Shown piece by piece: positions 61,459 through 64,000 of a DNA stretch of 64,000 nt (the first letter of the stretch is position 1; every line of letters starts with the position of its first letter). The notes under the pieces were generated by a model. That model was not told the DNA's origin, did no database searches, and saw nothing but the letters and a program-made list of their open reading frames with translations. Source of the DNA: an uncultured Microthrixaceae bacterium. GTDB lineage: Bacteria; Actinomycetota; Acidimicrobiia; Acidimicrobiales; VFJN01. A program made the position numbers and the translations under genes. Location: positions 25,497 to 89,496 of the forward strand of contig CAWDXF010000004.1 in the NCBI GenBank assembly GCA_963806205.1. The letters run 5' to 3'.

Positions 61459-64000
61459 ATGCGCCAGCCGGCCACCACCTTCGCCGACCGCCACCTCGGC
61501 CCGCGGCCCGAGGACGTCGCCACGATGCTGGCGGCGCTCGGGCTGGACAGCATCGAGGCGCTGCTCGCCCAGGCCGTGCCCGAGAGCATCCGGGCCGACG
61601 AGCCCCTCGCCCTCCCCCCGGCCGGCTCGGAGCCCGAGGTCCTGGCCGCGCTGCGGGCGCTGGCCGACCGCAACCAGGTCGTCACCTCCCTGATCGGGGC
61701 TGGGTACCACGACACCCACACCCCGGGCGTGATCCTGCGCAACGTGCTCGAGTCGCCCGCCTGGTACACGGCCTACACGCCGTACCAGCCCGAGATCAGC
61801 CAGGGCCGGCTGGAGGCGCTCCTCAACTTCCAGACCATGGTGCGCGACCTGACCGGGATGGACCTGGCCAACGCCTCGATGCTCGACGAGTCCACCGCGG
61901 CGGCCGAGGCCATGACCCTGCTCCGCCGCTCCACGAAGCATCCGGGGACGACGTTCTTCGTGGATGCCGAGACGCATCCGCAGACCTTCGCCGTCGTGGC
62001 CGCCCGGGCCGAGCCGATCGGGATCGACCTGGTCGTCGGCCGCATCGAGGAGCTCGATCCCGTGGTCTGCTTCGGCGCCCTCCTGCAGCACCCGGGCACG
62101 ACCGGTGCGGTGCGCGACCTCGCGCCCACCATCGACGCCGTCCACGCGGCGGGTGGGTTGGTGGCGGTGGCCACCGACCTCCTCGCCTGCACGCTCCTCG
62201 TCCCGCCGGGCGAGCAGGGCGCCGACGTGGTGGTCGGGTCGTCCCAGCGCTTCGGGGTGCCCCTCGGCTACGGCGGTCCCCACGCGGGGTTCCTCGCGAC
62301 CCGCGAGGAGCTGCGGCGGTCCATGCCGGGTCGTCTGGTGGGCGTGTCGGTCGACGCGGCGGGGCGGCGCGCGCACCGCCTCGCGCTCCAGACGCGCGAG
62401 CAGCACATCCGGCGGGAGAAGGCCACGTCGAACATCTGCACGGCGCAGGTGCTCCTCGCGGTCATCGCGTCGATGTACGCGGTGTACCACGGGCCCGAGG
62501 GGCTCCGGGCGATCGCCGAGCGCGTCCACCGGCACGCAGCGTGGCTGGCCGAGTCCCTCGCCACCGCCGGGCTCGAGGTCTACGGGGACTTCTTCGACAC
62601 CCTCGCGGTGCGCGTGCCCGGCGGCGCCGACGACGTGCTCGAGTCGGCGCTGCGGCACGGGCTGAACCTGCGCCGCCTCGACGACGAGACCGTCGGGGTG
62701 GCACTCGACGAGACCACCGATGCCGACGTCCTCGAGCGCGTGGCGGCGGCGTTCGGTGCGTCCCTCGTCGGCGGCGAGCCGCACGTGCCCGCGTTCCCGG
62801 CCGAGCTCGCCCGCACCTCGGAGTACCTCACCCATCCGGTGTTCTCGACCCACCGCTCCGAGACCGAGATGCTGCGCTACCTGCGGTCGCTGGCTGATCG
62901 CGACGTCGCCCTCGACCGCTCGATGATCCCGCTGGGCAGCTGCACGATGAAGCTCAACGCCACCACCGAGATGGAGCCGGTCACCTGGCCCGAGTTCGGC
63001 GCGCTCCACCCGTTCGCCCCGCTCGAGCAGGCGGCCGGGTACCGGCACCTGATCGACGACCTCGAGCACTGGCTGGCCGAGATCACCGGCTACGACGCGG
63101 TGTCGCTCCAGCCCAACGCCGGGTCCCAGGGCGAGCTGGCCGGGCTCCTGGCCATCCGCGCCTACCACGCCTCCCTGGGCCAGCCCGCGCGGGACGTGTG
63201 CCTGATCCCGTCGTCGGCGCACGGCACCAACGCCGCGTCGGCGGTCATGGCGGGGATGCGGGTGGTGGTGGTCGCGTGCGACGACGACGGCAACGTCGAC
63301 GTCGACGACCTGGAGGCCAAGGTCAAGGAGCACGACGCCGACCTGTCGGCACTGATGGTCACCTACCCGTCGACCCACGGCGTGTTCGAGGAGCGCATCA
63401 CCGAGATCTGCGACCTCGTGCACGCCCACGGCGGCCAGGTGTACGTCGACGGCGCCAACCTGAACGCGCTCGTCGGTGTCGCCCGGCCGGGGTGGTTCGG
63501 CGGCGACGTGAGCCACCTGAACCTGCACAAGACCTTCTGCATCCCCCACGGGGGTGGCGGCCCCGGGGTCGGACCGGTCGCGGCGCGCAGCCATCTGGCG
63601 CCGTTCCTCCCGAACCACCCCCTCGTGCCCCAGGCAGGGCCGGCCACCGGCCCCGGTCCGGTCTCCGGCGCGCCGTGGGGCTCCGCGTCGATCCTCCCGA
63701 TCTCGTGGGCGTACATCGCGCTCATGGGGCCCGACGGGCTGCGCCGCGCCACGGAGGTCGCGATCCTCAACGCCAACTACGTGGCCGCCCGCCTCGGCGA
63801 CGCCTACCCGGTGCTCTACACCGGCGACCACGGGCGGGTGGCCCACGAGTGCATCCTCGACCTGCGCGAGATCACCCGCACGAGCGGTGTCACCGTCGAC
63901 GACGTGGCGAAGCGCCTCATCGACTTCGGGTTCCACGCCCCGACGATGAGCTTCCCCGTGGCGGGCACCCTCATGGTCGAGCCGACGGAGTCCGAGAGCC
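61459..64000 (+). CDS. gcvP: Glycine dehydrogenase (3' end outside the window)
   Basis: [67 protein letters not shown]; open in frame to the window end. Confidence 0.98.
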   Translation, partial: MRQPATTFADRHLGPRPEDVATMLAALGLDSIEALLAQAVPESIRADEPLALPPAGSEPEVLAALRALADRNQVVTSLIGAGYHDTHTPGVILRNVLESPAWYTAYTPYQPEISQGRLEALLNFQTMVRDLTGMDLANASMLDESTAAAEAMTLLRRSTKHPGTTFFVDAETHPQTFAVVAARAEPIGIDLVVGRIEELDPVVCFGALLQHPGTTGAVRDLAPTIDAVHAAGGLVAVATDLLACTLLVPPGEQGADVVVGSSQRFGVPLGYGGPHAGFLATREELRRSMPGRLVGVSVDAAGRRAHRLALQTREQHIRREKATSNICTAQVLLAVIASMYAVYHGPEGLRAIAERVHRHAAWLAESLATAGLEVYGDFFDTLAVRVPGGADDVLESALRHGLNLRRLDDETVGVALDETTDADVLERVAAAFGASLVGGEPHVPAFPAELARTSEYLTHPVFSTHRSETEMLRYLRSLADRDVALDRSMIPLGSCTMKLNATTEMEPVTWPEFGALHPFAPLEQAAGYRHLIDDLEHWLAEITGYDAVSLQPNAGSQGELAGLLAIRAYHASLGQPARDVCLIPSSAHGTNAASAVMAGMRVVVVACDDDGNVDVDDLEAKVKEHDADLSALMVTYPSTHGVFEERITEICDLVHAHGGQVYVDGANLNALVGVARPGWFGGDVSHLNLHKTFCIPHGGGGPGVGPVAARSHLAPFLPNHPLVPQAGPATGPGPVSGAPWGSASILPISWAYIALMGPDGLRRATEVAILNANYVAARLGDAYPVLYTGDHGRVAHECILDLREITRTSGVTVDDVAKRLIDFGFHAPTMSFPVAGTLMVEPTESES

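Noticed and set aside
1-64000. KOPS (GGGNAGGG) polarity switch at dif
   Set aside because: Spot checks found both orientations on both sides; a proper count is needed before any claim.

Overview
Very high-GC actinobacterial chromosomal DNA, probably Acidimicrobiia (inferred from gene families). It appears to lie at the replication terminus, because a 28-bp dif-like XerCD site sits at 58567-58594. The first ~27.8 kb is a core block (pyrG, NUDIX, xerD, trpS, scpAB, rluB, aroH-tyrA-aroA-cmk, ABC exporter, ispH, der, acyl-CoA carboxylase/HMG-CoA lyase) ending in tRNA-Pro(GGG). About 15 kb of accessory envelope genes follow (lipoproteins, S8 protease, LPXTG-anchored phosphoesterase, Lnt, TauD). 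Then comes the conserved pgsA2-mpg-gcvH-garA-ftsR-DUF151-mcdR...gcvP cluster, with insertions and a glycine riboswitch. Many essential genes carry single-base indels that look like long-read errors, so their coordinates are reconstructed across frameshifts and are approximate. Best leads: (1) a Zn-finger gene that starts inside a 20-bp palindrome and ends inside dif; (2) an unannotated 45-aa Cys-rich micro-lipoprotein divergent from lnt; (3) McdR-like boxes at scpA and mcdR, plus an FtsR-like operator; (4) an orphan MerB-like protein; (5) pervasive leaderless promoters. All calls come from reading motifs; no database search was run.
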